Shown piece after piece: positions 9,695 to 19,575 of a stretch of DNA of 64,000 nt. The translations under genes were made by a program, and so were the position numbers. The DNA is taken from contig JACRHJ010000046.1 of assembly GCA_016212105.1 (NCBI GenBank), forward strand, positions 30,136 to 94,135, read 5' to 3'. How positions within the stretch are numbered: the stretch's first letter is position 1; the number at the start of each line of letters is the position of its first letter. This DNA comes from Nitrospirota bacterium. GTDB taxonomy: Bacteria; Nitrospirota; JACRHJ01. The notes beneath the pieces are model-generated. The model was given only the letters and a program-made list of their open reading frames with translations, was not told the origin of the DNA and did not search any database.

Positions 9695-10108
9695 ATGATG
9701 GTCGGGCTTGTAATAGTCTGTCACGGAAACCTTGGCGCGGAACTCGTCAGGGTTGCCGAGCTTATAGTCGGGGTACAGGAGGGCGTGGCGACGGTCTCCG
9801 TCGGCTCGGTCGCGGAGGTGGACAAGGCCAGGGACGAGGTAGCCGCGGCCGTCAAGCGCGTCCAGGCCGGCGACGGCGTCCTCATCCTTACCGACATGTT
9901 CGGGGGCACCCCGTCCAACCTTTCCCTGTCGTTCCTCGACGAGGACAAGGTCGAGGTACTGACCGGGGTCAACCTGCCGATGCTGATAAAGTTCGCCAAC
10001 AACCGTAAGGAAAAGGGGCTGAAGGAGCTTATACCGATTGTCAGGGAGGGCGGCCTGAAAAGCATAATCGTCGCGAGCGACATGCTCCACCAGAAGGCAA
10101 AAAGGTGA
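9695..10108 (+). CDS. PTS EIIA component, mannose/fructose family
   Basis: MMVGLVIVCHGNLGAELV places the phospho-His early in the sequence, giving an EIIA-Man fold. RBS AAAGGAGAG precedes the ATG at 9695. The track ORF begins earlier, at 9617. Confidence 0.7.
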   Translation: MMVGLVIVCHGNLGAELVRVAELIVGVQEGVATVSVGSVAEVDKARDEVAAAVKRVQAGDGVLILTDMFGGTPSNLSLSFLDEDKVEVLTGVNLPMLIKFANNRKEKGLKELIPIVREGGLKSIIVASDMLHQKAKR

Positions 10109-10124
10109 GCGAGGGAGGTCGGGT

Positions 10125-10394
10125 TTGGTAGAGAGGGTAGTCACCATACAGAACAAGCTCGGGCTCCACGCGAGGGCGGCGGCGCTCTTCGTCCAGACCG
10201 CGAGCCGCTACGCCGCCGAGGTCACGTTGGAGAAGGACGGCGTCGAGGTCAACGGGAAGAGCATAATGGGCCTGATGATGCTCGCGGCGGCCAAGGGCTG
10301 CGACGTGGTGCTGAGGGCGGACGGAGACGACGAGCACGTCGCGATAGACGGCATGGCGAGGCTCATAGCCGACAAATTCAACGAGGAGGCTTAG
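10125..10394 (+). CDS. ptsH: phosphocarrier protein HPr
   Basis: The 89 aa protein has the active-site motif NKLGLHARAA and the GKSIMGLMMLAA regulatory Ser region. It uses a TTG start. Confidence 0.8.
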   Translation: MVERVVTIQNKLGLHARAAALFVQTASRYAAEVTLEKDGVEVNGKSIMGLMMLAAAKGCDVVLRADGDDEHVAIDGMARLIADKFNEEA

Positions 10395-10403
10395 ACGCCC
10401 CGG

Positions 10404-12167
10404 ATGAAGGTCTTTCACGGCATAGGCGTGTCTCTCGGCATCGCCATCGGCAAGGCGTACCTGGTAGACAGGGACCGCATCTCCGTGTCCAGGAAGAGCA
10501 TCACGGACGAGGAGGTCAAGGAGGAGATTGCCCGGTTCAAGCGGGCCGTCGCTACCTCCAAGGACCAGCTCCAGGACATCAGGAAGAAGCTCTCGCTCGA
10601 CATCGGCGAGGAGCACGGCTACATACTCGACAGCCACCTGATGATCCTCGACGACAAGATGCTGGTGAACGGCGCGATAGAGATGATCAAGGGCCAGATG
10701 GTCAACGCCGAGTACGCCCTCAAGGAAGTCATCGGCCGGTTCATGAGCATCTTCGATGGCATGGGCGACGAGTACCTCAAGGAGAGGAAGGGCGACATCG
10801 AGCACGTCGGCGAGAGGATACTAAGGAACCTCTCCGGCAAGGCGCTCGACTCGGTATCCGACCTGCCCGAGGAGGCGGTCGTCATAGCCCACGACCTCGC
10901 GCCGTCGGACACCTTCCAGATGCGCAAGGACCGCGTCATGGCCTTCGTCACGGACATAGGCAGCAGCACGTCGCACACCGCCATCATGGCCCGCTCCCTC
11001 GAAATGCCGGCCGTGGTAGGCCTCGAGGTCATCAGCCGCGAGGTCAGCACCGGCGACCCCATCATAGTGGACGGCAACCAGGGCGTTGTCGTCGTCAACC
11101 CCGACCAGGCGACGTTTCTCGAATACCTCGAACGCCAGCGCAGGTACAAGTATTTCGAGAAAGAGCTTGTAAAGATAAGCAAGCTTCCCGCCCGCACCCA
11201 GGACGGCCACGAGGTGCACCTCGCGGCGAACCTCGAGATACCCGAGGACGTCGAGGGCATGCAGGAGCACGGCGCGAAGGGCATAGGGCTGTTCCGGACG
11301 GAGTTCCTGTTCATGAACAGGAAGGACCTGCCGAGCGAGGAAGAGCACTTCCTCGCATGCAAGAAGATAGTCGAGAAGATGGAGCCGTACCACGTCATAG
11401 CGAGGACTTTCGACCTGGGCGGCGACAAGATACCGGTGCCGATGCCCATAAAGGGCGAGACTAACCCCGCCCTCGGACTCCGGGCGGTACGCTTCTCGCT
11501 CCTTCGCAGGGAGATATTCAAGGTGCAACTCCGGGGCATACTCAGGGCGAGCGCCTACGGCGACATCCGCCTGATGTACCCGATGATATCCGGCGTGTCC
11601 GAGCTTCGCCAGGCGAACCAGGTCGTCCACGAGGCGATGGACGAGCTGAGGCGCGAGAAGATACCGTTCAACGAGGACATCAAGATAGGCGTCATGATAG
11701 AGATTCCGTCCGCGGCCGTGACCGCCGACCTCATAGCGAAGGAGGCGGACTTCTTCAGCGTCGGAACGAACGACCTAATACAGTACGCGATGGCAATAGA
11801 CCGCCTCAACGAACACGTCGCGTACCTCTACGAACCGCTCCACCCGGCGGTGCTCCGGTTCCTGAAGATGATAGTGGAAGCGGGCCACAAGGCCGGGATA
11901 CCCGTCGGGATGTGCGGCGAGATGGCGGGCGAGCCGCTGTACTCGCTTGTCCTGCTCGGCCTCGGGTTCGACGAGCTGTCGATGAACCAGTACTCCATAC
12001 CGAGGATGAAGAAGCTGTTCCGCCAGTCGGAGATGAAGGAGGCGGCGCGGTTGACCGAGAAGGCCATCGGGCTGCCCACCGCCGAGGAGGCGAGGAAGCT
12101 CGTCGTCGATTACATGGCCGGCCGGTTCCCCGAGGACATCGGGGCGGACGGGAAGCTGATGTATTAG
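10404..12167 (+). CDS. ptsI: phosphoenolpyruvate-protein phosphotransferase (PTS Enzyme I)
   Basis: It is 587 aa, with the His domain GSSTSHTAIMARSLEMPAVVG and a PEP-utilising C-terminus (GMCGEMAG). Confidence 0.9.
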   Translation: MKVFHGIGVSLGIAIGKAYLVDRDRISVSRKSITDEEVKEEIARFKRAVATSKDQLQDIRKKLSLDIGEEHGYILDSHLMILDDKMLVNGAIEMIKGQMVNAEYALKEVIGRFMSIFDGMGDEYLKERKGDIEHVGERILRNLSGKALDSVSDLPEEAVVIAHDLAPSDTFQMRKDRVMAFVTDIGSSTSHTAIMARSLEMPAVVGLEVISREVSTGDPIIVDGNQGVVVVNPDQATFLEYLERQRRYKYFEKELVKISKLPARTQDGHEVHLAANLEIPEDVEGMQEHGAKGIGLFRTEFLFMNRKDLPSEEEHFLACKKIVEKMEPYHVIARTFDLGGDKIPVPMPIKGETNPALGLRAVRFSLLRREIFKVQLRGILRASAYGDIRLMYPMISGVSELRQANQVVHEAMDELRREKIPFNEDIKIGVMIEIPSAAVTADLIAKEADFFSVGTNDLIQYAMAIDRLNEHVAYLYEPLHPAVLRFLKMIVEAGHKAGIPVGMCGEMAGEPLYSLVLLGLGFDELSMNQYSIPRMKKLFRQSEMKEAARLTEKAIGLPTAEEARKLVVDYMAGRFPEDIGADGKLMY

Positions 12168-12290
12168 TGGGGATGGGCTGCCATAAACTGCACTATTAAT
12201 GTCCCTGTATCCCGTGTCATACTTCATAACGCCCCCCGGCCCCCTCTTATCTTAAGAGGGGGAGTAAGTGGTCGAGGCCGGATTCTTGGC

Positions 12291-12330
12291 AGGGCCGACA
12301 CGACGGTCGGCCCCTACAAAATCGTAGGGG
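12291..12330. repeat. REP-D hairpin repeat copy
   Basis: agggccgacacgacggtcggcccctacaaaatcgtagggg. Confidence 0.5.
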
Positions 12331-12393
12331 AGGACCATCGTGTCCTCCCTTCCTGATGTTATTATTGGTTCGGCAACAAAATAGGCAAACTTC

Positions 12394-12421
12394 CTGGACC
12401 CCGTGTCAAGCACGGGGCGAC
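12394..12421. repeat. REP-C hairpin repeat copy
   Basis: ctggaccccgtgtcaagcacggggcgac. Confidence 0.6.
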
Positions 12422-12433
12422 GAACAAGCACAC

Positions 12434-12460
12434 GTCATTCCCGCGAAAGCGGGAATCCAG
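12434..12460. repeat. REP-B perfect palindrome (gtcattcccgcgaaagcgggaatccag)
   Basis: The stem attcccgc/gcgggaat closes a gaaa loop. Identical copies lie at 26620 and 27449, and a nested variant lies at 18371. Confidence 0.65.
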
Positions 12461-12568
12461 CGACTTTTCTTACTTCGCATGGTTTGTATTTATTATTGCC
12501 GGTTTAATACCACAAGATATTCGGCGGCATCGCGGATTATATGTTATTATAATGGTATGGTTTAACAG

Positions 12569-12608
12569 TTCTTGGGCCGCCTATTAACAAAAGGCGGGAC
12601 TTTTCTCC
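12569..12608 (+). promoter_or_regulatory. Palindromic ~40-nt motif copy, 20 nt upstream of the response regulator ATG
   Basis: ttcttgggccgcctattaacaaaaggcgggacttttctcc. Confidence 0.45.
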
Positions 12609-12627
12609 CTGGTACCGGGGTGGCAAA

Positions 12628-13293
12628 ATGCGCATACTTGTTGTCGAAGACGAGCCCAAGGTAGCGAGCTTCGTCAAGAAGGGGCTGGAGGAGGAATCCT
12701 ACGCGGTCGATACCGCATCCGACGGCGAGGAGGGGCTCGGCATGCTCTCCCTGAACGTCTACGACGCGGTGGTGCTCGACCTGATGCTCCCAAAGAAAAA
12801 CGGCATCGAGGTCGTCCGGGAGATGCGGGCACAGGGGATGAACACCCCGGTCCTCATGCTGACCGCGAGGGACACGCTGGGCGAGAAGATACAAGGGCTG
12901 GACGCGGGCGCGGACGACTACCTGACGAAGCCCTTCGCCTTCCAGGAGCTGGTGGCGAGGCTCCGCTCGCTGCTCCGGCGCGGCAGGGCCGAGATTAACA
13001 TCCTCCAAGTGGACGACCTTTCGCTCGACCCGGCTACCCGCAAGGTGAAACGTGCGGGCGAGGAGCTTGTCCTGACCGCGAAGGAGTTCGCGCTCCTCGA
13101 ATACATGATGAGAAACGTCGGCAGGCCGCTCTCCAGGACTACTCTCTCCGAGCATGTCTGGGACATAAACTTCGACAGGATGACCAACGTCGTCGACGTG
13201 TACATAAACTTCCTCCGTAACAAGGTGGACAAGGGTTTCGACAGGAAGCTCATACACACCGTGCGCGGCGTCGGGTACATGCTCAAGGAATGA
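12628..13293 (+). CDS. OmpR-family response regulator (REC + winged-helix)
   Basis: It resembles CusR/CopR: REC Asp pocket VVLDLMLP and C-terminal LTAKEFALLEYM...TVRGVGYML. Confidence 0.85.
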   Translation: MRILVVEDEPKVASFVKKGLEEESYAVDTASDGEEGLGMLSLNVYDAVVLDLMLPKKNGIEVVREMRAQGMNTPVLMLTARDTLGEKIQGLDAGADDYLTKPFAFQELVARLRSLLRRGRAEINILQVDDLSLDPATRKVKRAGEELVLTAKEFALLEYMMRNVGRPLSRTTLSEHVWDINFDRMTNVVDVYINFLRNKVDKGFDRKLIHTVRGVGYMLKE

Positions 13294-14300
13294 AACAGCA
13301 CTCGCTCAAGTACCGGCTCGCCATGAAGAACGCCGGGGCGTGTCTGCTCGCAGCGCTGGTCAGCCTTGTCCTGTACTTCCTGATAGATCCGTTCAGCCGG
13401 TCCGCGGCGGTCATCGTCTCGCTCGCCTTCTTCTCCGCATCCGTATATCTCTCCGCGTACATATTCGCAGCCATGGAGTTGTGGGCCTTCAAGAAGCTCG
13501 CGGAGGGTGGCGAGAACGTCCTGTCCGACTCGGAGCTGGGCGAGCAGCTCCCCGAGGTGAGGGAGGTGCTCGACGTCGTGCGCGGCTTCAAGTCGAGGAT
13601 GGACGAGGCGGTGGTATCCCAGAAGAGGTTCCTCGCCGACGCGTCGCACGAGATGCGCTCCCCCATCACCATCATGAAGGGCAACATGGAGATAGCGCTC
13701 CGAAGGGAGCGCGGCGCGGCCGAGTACCGCGAGGTCCTCGCGAGCAACCTCGAGGAGATCGAGAGGCTCGAATACCTCGTCAAGGACCTGATGTTCCTCG
13801 CGCGCGCGGACTCCTCCGAGCTTGTCGTAAACAACGCGCCGGTGGTCCTGGACGAGGTGCTCCTGCAGGTCGTCGAGGGGCTCATGACGATGGCCGCCAC
13901 GAAGGGCGTGGAGCTGGAGATGAAGCCCGCCTGCGAGGACTGCTGCGTCGTAGACGGAGACCGTGACAGGCTTCGCCAGCTTTTCGTGAACCTCATCGAG
14001 AACTCGCTCCGGTACACGCCGCGGGGAGGCCGCGTGACGGTCGAACTCAGGTCGCTCGCCGGGGTCAACAAGGTAACCGTTTCGGACACCGGCATCGGGA
14101 TACCCAAGGACGAGCTGGGGAAGATATTCGAGAGGTTCTACCGCGTGGACAAGGCCCGTGCGCGTGAGTCTGGCGGCACCGGCCTCGGCCTCTGTATATC
14201 CAAATGGATTGTCGAGTCGCACGGCGGCGAGATAACCATCGAGAGCGAAGAGGGCGTCGGCACCGTCGTCACCGTGATGTTCCTGTCAAGTTTTTCTTGA
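13290..14300 (+). CDS. sensor histidine kinase (HisKA + HATPase_c)
   Basis: It has 2 TM helices, the H-box ASHEMRSPIT, N-box NLIENSLRYT and G-boxes DTGIGI/GGTGLGL. Its ATGA start overlaps the regulator. Confidence 0.85.
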   Translation: MKQHSLKYRLAMKNAGACLLAALVSLVLYFLIDPFSRSAAVIVSLAFFSASVYLSAYIFAAMELWAFKKLAEGGENVLSDSELGEQLPEVREVLDVVRGFKSRMDEAVVSQKRFLADASHEMRSPITIMKGNMEIALRRERGAAEYREVLASNLEEIERLEYLVKDLMFLARADSSELVVNNAPVVLDEVLLQVVEGLMTMAATKGVELEMKPACEDCCVVDGDRDRLRQLFVNLIENSLRYTPRGGRVTVELRSLAGVNKVTVSDTGIGIPKDELGKIFERFYRVDKARARESGGTGLGLCISKWIVESHGGEITIESEEGVGTVVTVMFLSSFS

Positions 14301-14435
14301 CATCGGGTAGCCTGAACTGATACGTTAAAGGGGACATAGTGGAGATCCCTCACCCCTGTGTCCCCTCTCCCGCAAGGAGAGGGGAATTATAGTTATCCGG
14401 TTCTTGAAGCAACGTTAATTCTGGAGGGCGCGGGT

Positions 14436-14663
14436 ATGGCCAGGGACGACATAGAGAGGCTGATTGGCAAGGCGATAATAGAGCCGGAGTTCCTGCGCGA
14501 GCTGCTGCAGGACCCAGAGGGCGCGGCCTTGAAGGCCGGCATAGTACTATCGCCGGACGAGGTGGAGGCCATAAAGCAGGTGAGCCGCGAGCAGGCGATG
14601 AAGTTCGCCGAGGAGTTCGAGAGCAGGATAGTCAAACGCTGGATGGGGGTGGGGACGATTTAG
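14436..14663 (+). CDS. small hypothetical protein (76 aa)
   Basis: GGAGGG lies 7 nt upstream of the ATG at 14436. The protein is helical and acidic (EPEFLRELLQDPEGAALKAGIVLSPDEVEAIKQV). It loosely resembles Nif11/NHLP-type leader sequences, but the match is not convincing. Confidence 0.3.
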   Translation: MARDDIERLIGKAIIEPEFLRELLQDPEGAALKAGIVLSPDEVEAIKQVSREQAMKFAEEFESRIVKRWMGVGTI

Positions 14664-14693
14664 CTCCCGCCAGGCGGCATAGTGTGATTTTGA

Positions 14694-14722
14694 AAGGGCG
14701 CGTGAGCGCCCTTTTTGTTTTT
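14694..14722 (+). terminator. rho-independent terminator
   Basis: The aagggcgc-gtga-gcgccctt hairpin is followed by tttttgttttt. Confidence 0.6.
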
Positions 14723-14809
14723 AAAACAAGATGTTTTCCTTGACCTGCGGTATTTAATGATATAGGATTATCTCCGCACGAGCAGGAGTCAATATGTTTA
14801 CCACTAAGG

Positions 14810-17800
14810 GTGAACCACCGAATGTCCCTTCTCGAAACCTACATAAAAGAAGTAAGAGACATCCGCGCGACTGGCGCGGGAGTCAAAGAAACCTCCTATT
14901 ACCCTGCCCTGTCCAATCTCTTCAACGAAATCGGCAAGACCCTCAAGCCTAAAGTACGGTGCGTATCGCAGCTTGCCAAACGGGGCGCGGGCAGCCCGGA
15001 TTTCGGGCTGTTTACTGCCGACCAGTTCCAGAAGTCCAATAAGGAAGAGCCTGCACCCGGAGTAATGCCCGCGCGTGGCGTTATCGAGGTCAAGGGCACG
15101 GGCGACGATGCATGGGTTGTCGCGGACGGCGGCCAAGTCTCAAAGTACTGGGAACGTTACGGCCTCGTGCTGGTCACGAACTACCGCGACTTCGTGCTGG
15201 TCGGGAAGGACGTCGAAGGCGCACCGGTCAAGCTGGAGACGTACCGTCTCGCCGCAAATGAAAAGGAGTTCTGGTCAGCAGCGGCGAACCCGCGCAAGTT
15301 TGCCACGGCGCACGAGGAGCGCTTCGTCGAGTATATCAGGCGCGTCCTGCTGCACTCCGCCCCGCTGGAGAAGCCGGAAGACCTGGCGTGGTTCCTCGCG
15401 TCTTACGCGAGAGACGCGAAGGCCCGCATCGAGCACAGCGAGCTTGAGGCGCTCGGCTCCATACGCACCGCGCTGGAGGAAGCGCTCGGCATAAAGTTTA
15501 CAGGCGAAAAGGGCGACCACTTCTTCCGCTCGACCCTCATCCAGACGCTTTTCTACGGCATATTCTCGTCATGGGTGCTTTGGAGCAAGAAGCACAAGCC
15601 CACCGACAAGAAGGCGCGTTTCGACTGGCGCATGGCGGCGTGGAGCCTGCACGTCCCGATGATACGCGCATTGTTCGAGCAGGTGGCGACGCCGACCAAG
15701 CTCGGGCCGCTGGGCCTTGAGGAAGTGCTTGACTGGACGGCTACCGCCCTGAACCGTGTGGACCGCGCGAACTTCTTCGAGAACTTCGAGGAAGGCCATG
15801 CGGTGCAGTACTTCTACGAGCCATTCCTGAAGGCGTTCGACCCGGAGCTTCGCAAAGACCTCGGCGTATGGTATACCCCGCCCGAGGTCGTGAAGTACAT
15901 GGTGGAGCGCGTGGATACCGTCCTGCGCGAGGAACTCGGCCTGCCCGACGGGCTTGCCGACCCGAACGTATACGTCCTCGACCCCTGCACTGGTACAGGC
16001 TCGTTCCTTGTCGAGACGCTCAAGCGAATACACAAGACATACGACGAGCAAGGCGCGGGCGCGCTCGGCGGCGAGAAGCTGAAGGAGGCCGCGAAAAGCC
16101 GCGTCTTCGGGTTCGAGATACTGCCCGCCCCGTTCGTGGTCGCGCACCTTCAGCTCGGGCTTCTGCTTCAGAACCTCGGCGTCCCGCTCTCGGATAAAAA
16201 CAACGAGCGGGTCGGGGTTTACCTGACCAACGCCCTCACCGGCTGGGAGCCTCCTGAAGGCCCGCAGGCGAAAGTTAGCTTTCCTGAACTGGAGGAAGAG
16301 CGCGACGCAGCCGAGCATGTCAAGCGCGACAAGCCCATACTCGTGATACTCGGCAACCCGCCGTATAACGCCTTCGCGGGTGCCAGCCCGCAGGAGGAGC
16401 ACGGGCTGGTCGAGCCGTACAAAGAGGGGCTTGTCAAGGAATGGAAGATAAAGAAGTTCAACCTCGACGACCTGTACGTGCGCTTCTTCCGTCTCGCGGA
16501 GAGGCGGATCGCCGAGAAGACAGGGCGGGGCGTCGTCTGCTATATCTCCAACTTCTCGTACCTGGGCGACCCCTCGTTCGTCGTGATGCGCAAGCGTTTC
16601 CTCGCCGGGTTCGACAGGCTGTGGTTCGACTGCATGAACGGAGATTCCCGCGAGACAGGCAAGGTTACGCCGGACGGGAAGCCCGACCCGTCCGTGTTCT
16701 CGACGGAGTACAACCGCGAGGGGATACGGGTCGGGACGGCTATCGGATTGATGGTTCGGAAGGACGGGCGGGCGGGTTCGCCCGATGTGCGGTTCAGGCA
16801 CTTCTGGGGCGCGGACAAGCGCGGGCAGCTTGTGGAGAGTCTTTCGGCAAAGGACTTTGAAGGCTCTTATGAGATTGCCGAGCCAGAAGCCTGGAATTAC
16901 CATAATTTCAAAATACTTAAGGTATCGGATGAGTATAAAGAGTGGCCGAAGATAATAGACCTGTGCGCACATGAACCCTATAATGGGCCGGTGGAGCGCA
17001 GGGGCATGGCGTTGATTTCTATGGATAAGGATTCACTTGCAAATCGGATATTAGCATATTTCGATGCCGCTATTTCTGATGACGAGATCAAGAAAATTCA
17101 TCCGTCTTTGATGATGACCGGTAACAGAATAGTTGGCCCTGACGCAAGGACGAAAATACAGCACGATTTCAGATATGACGAATCTCGAATTGTACACTAC
17201 CCGTTCAAACCAATGGATGTTCGCTGGTGTTATCTGGAAAATCTGCGGCCATTGTTTAGTGAGCCAAGTCCCCAACTGCTTAATCAAAGAACTCCGGGCA
17301 ATGCATTCTTCATTACCCGTGATTCAGCGGACAAAGACGGCGAGGGCATACCGTTCTACTTCTCCTCAAGTATTTGTGATTATGATGCAATATCTGGTCA
17401 TGCACGACACGTTCCTATGTTAATCAATATCGATGTGTTAAGGAAAACCCCACATAGCGATTATTTGCACAAAAGAGATTTGAAAGCGGAATACGTTTCA
17501 AATATATCTGAACAAGCAATAGTGTACATTGAGGAACTCGGCGTTAATTACCAAAACAACTATGAAACTGCAAGCCTGATCTGGTTGCACGCCCTCGCCA
17601 TCGGCTACTCGCCGCAGTATCTGAAAGAGAACGCCGACGGCATAAAAATAGACTGGCCCCGCATCCCGCTCCCGAACAGCAAGGCGCAACTGCAAAACTC
17701 CGCGAATCTCGGCAAAAAGATAGCCGCGCTCCTCGACACGGAAGGCCAAGTCCCCGGCGTAACCACGGGCAAAATACGACCAGAACTAAAGAATATGGCG

Positions 17801-18292
17801 GCCTGCGCAAAGGTGGGCGGCGGGAACCTCGACATAAACAAAGGCGAGTCCGCCCTGACCGCAGGCTGGGGCCACGGCGGAAAGGACGGCATAACCATGC
17901 CGGGCAAGGGAAAAGCCGTCGAGCGCGACTACACGCCCGAAGAGAAGGCCGCGATAGAAGAAGGCGCAAAGGCGCTCGGCCTTACGCTCGACGAGGCGAT
18001 GGAGCACCTCGGCGAGACCACATATGACATATACCTGAACGATACGGCCTACTGGAAGGACATCCCGCGCAAGGTATGGGAGTACACGATAGGCGGCTAC
18101 CAGGTAATGAAAAAGTGGCTGTCCTACCGCGAGCGCGACCTGCTTGGACGCGCGCTGACCGCCGATGAAATCACCGAGGTGACAAACATGGCGCGCAGGA
18201 TAGCCGCGATAGTCCTGCTTGAGCGGGAACTCGACGGCAACTACATAAAGGCCAAGGATGGCGCATACCGGTGGAAGGGTGAAGGCGGATAA
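14810..18292 (+). CDS. Type IIG/IIL-like fused restriction endonuclease - N6-adenine DNA methyltransferase
   Basis: It is 1160 aa. The N-terminal PD-(D/E)xK-like motif reads GSPDFGLF...GVIEVKG. The gamma-class MTase motifs are VLDPCTGTGSFL (SAM binding) and NPPY (catalytic). A C-terminal specificity region follows. GTG 14810 and ATG 14822 are the candidate starts. Confidence 0.6.
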   Translation: MNHRMSLLETYIKEVRDIRATGAGVKETSYYPALSNLFNEIGKTLKPKVRCVSQLAKRGAGSPDFGLFTADQFQKSNKEEPAPGVMPARGVIEVKGTGDDAWVVADGGQVSKYWERYGLVLVTNYRDFVLVGKDVEGAPVKLETYRLAANEKEFWSAAANPRKFATAHEERFVEYIRRVLLHSAPLEKPEDLAWFLASYARDAKARIEHSELEALGSIRTALEEALGIKFTGEKGDHFFRSTLIQTLFYGIFSSWVLWSKKHKPTDKKARFDWRMAAWSLHVPMIRALFEQVATPTKLGPLGLEEVLDWTATALNRVDRANFFENFEEGHAVQYFYEPFLKAFDPELRKDLGVWYTPPEVVKYMVERVDTVLREELGLPDGLADPNVYVLDPCTGTGSFLVETLKRIHKTYDEQGAGALGGEKLKEAAKSRVFGFEILPAPFVVAHLQLGLLLQNLGVPLSDKNNERVGVYLTNALTGWEPPEGPQAKVSFPELEEERDAAEHVKRDKPILVILGNPPYNAFAGASPQEEHGLVEPYKEGLVKEWKIKKFNLDDLYVRFFRLAERRIAEKTGRGVVCYISNFSYLGDPSFVVMRKRFLAGFDRLWFDCMNGDSRETGKVTPDGKPDPSVFSTEYNREGIRVGTAIGLMVRKDGRAGSPDVRFRHFWGADKRGQLVESLSAKDFEGSYEIAEPEAWNYHNFKILKVSDEYKEWPKIIDLCAHEPYNGPVERRGMALISMDKDSLANRILAYFDAAISDDEIKKIHPSLMMTGNRIVGPDARTKIQHDFRYDESRIVHYPFKPMDVRWCYLENLRPLFSEPSPQLLNQRTPGNAFFITRDSADKDGEGIPFYFSSSICDYDAISGHARHVPMLINIDVLRKTPHSDYLHKRDLKAEYVSNISEQAIVYIEELGVNYQNNYETASLIWLHALAIGYSPQYLKENADGIKIDWPRIPLPNSKAQLQNSANLGKKIAALLDTEGQVPGVTTGKIRPELKNMAACAKVGGGNLDINKGESALTAGWGHGGKDGITMPGKGKAVERDYTPEEKAAIEEGAKALGLTLDEAMEHLGETTYDIYLNDTAYWKDIPRKVWEYTIGGYQVMKKWLSYRERDLLGRALTADEITEVTNMARRIAAIVLLERELDGNYIKAKDGAYRWKGEGG

Positions 18293-18370
18293 TATAACGC
18301 GCCGGATAAACGTGTAGCCGCGAAAAAAGCAGATTCCTCGGCTTCGCTCGGAATGACAAGCAAAGTCACT

Positions 18371-18423
18371 GGATTCCCGCTGGAGTTTACCCCGGTATGC
18401 CTAAAGCCGGGGCGGGAATGACG
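18371..18423. repeat. nested REP-B variant (ggattcccgc ... gcgggaatgac) with a 32-nt hairpin inserted into the loop
   Basis: The arms are the reverse complement of REP-B. The insert ccccggtatgcctaaagccgggg is itself palindromic. Confidence 0.4.
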
Positions 18424-18487
18424 GTCAAAGGAGGAGATTGCCGCGTCGTCCCGCAAGGCGGGGCTCCTCGCAATGACATAAACAACC

Positions 18488-19273
18488 TCACCCCCGCCCG
18501 GTAGCCTTGGCCTCGTCCCAGAGCGCTTCCATCTCCGCGAGCGTCATGGCGGACAGCTCCTTGCCGGACAGCGCCGCCTGCTCCTCGATATACTGGAACC
18601 GGCGTATGAACTTCGAGATGGTCTTCCTGAGCGCGTCCTCCGGGTTCACGCCTATGAACCGCGAGATGTTGACCAGCATGAAGAAGATGTCGCCAAGCTC
18701 GTCCTCCATCTCGGAGGGGTTGCGGCGTCCGAGCGTGTCCTTGAACTCGCCGACCTCCTCGTCCAGCTTGGCTATCACGTCGCCCACGTCGTCCCAGTTG
18801 AACCCGACGCGCGCGGCGCGTTCCTGAAGCCTGTGCGCGCGTGTCAGCGCGGGCAGCTCTTTCGGCACGCCTTCGAGTATGGACTTCCTGTCCTTGTAGC
18901 CCTCCTCGGTCTTCTTCATCGCCTCCCAGTCGACGAGCACCTCCTTGGAGGTCGCAAGCACCTTGTCGCCGAAGACGTGCGGGTGCCGCCTTATCATCTT
19001 CTCCGCGATGCGGGACAGGACGTCGTCTATGGTGAACTCGCCAGCCTCCTCCGCGACACGGGAGTGGAAGACGACCTGGAACAGCACGTCGCCAAGCTCC
19101 TCCTTGACCTTGTCCGGCGAGCCCTCGTCGATGGCCTCGATGACCTCGTATGTCTCCTCGACAAGGAACGGCTTCAGAGACTCGCGCGTCTGCTCCCTGT
19201 CCCACGGGCAGCCGTCCGGCCCCCGAAGCCTCGCCATTATCTCAACAAGCTGTGAAAAACCCTCGTGCGCCAA
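18488..19273 (-). CDS. mazG: nucleoside triphosphate pyrophosphohydrolase MazG (tandem MazG domains)
   Basis: It has two EEVGE/EELGD MazG motifs (EETYEVIEAIDE..., LDEEVGEFKD...ELGDIFF). Confidence 0.8.
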   Translation of the reverse strand: MAHEGFSQLVEIMARLRGPDGCPWDREQTRESLKPFLVEETYEVIEAIDEGSPDKVKEELGDVLFQVVFHSRVAEEAGEFTIDDVLSRIAEKMIRRHPHVFGDKVLATSKEVLVDWEAMKKTEEGYKDRKSILEGVPKELPALTRAHRLQERAARVGFNWDDVGDVIAKLDEEVGEFKDTLGRRNPSEMEDELGDIFFMLVNISRFIGVNPEDALRKTISKFIRRFQYIEEQAALSGKELSAMTLAEMEALWDEAKATGRG

Positions 19274-19575
19274 GATTTCACCCCCGGAATAGTTTATATA
19301 TGGTGTTTTCGAGTACCTTATGCCCCCTCTTAAGATAAGAGGGGGATGGGGGCGTTATGAGACACTCGGACGGTGTCAACGCACGCGAATTTCATAACCC
19401 CCTTAATCCCCCTTATCTTAAGGGGGAGATATAAGGTTGAAGCCAGCCAGCATTATACCACCCGCGTCCGATATTGCAACGGATAATGAAGCTCCGAATT
19501 TGAGGCAATAGATGCTGTTTATGCTATAATATGTTATGCGTGATAATTATTTCCGGAAATTGTGAGGTGGCGAAT

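Noticed and set aside
14794-14937. A short ORF with an excellent RBS (AGGAGT-N5-ATG) in a different frame, overlapping the 5' end of the RM gene, considered as a leader peptide.
   Set aside because: It has no conservation signal and is likely a chance ORF. It is mentioned only because the RBS is stronger than that of the RM gene itself.
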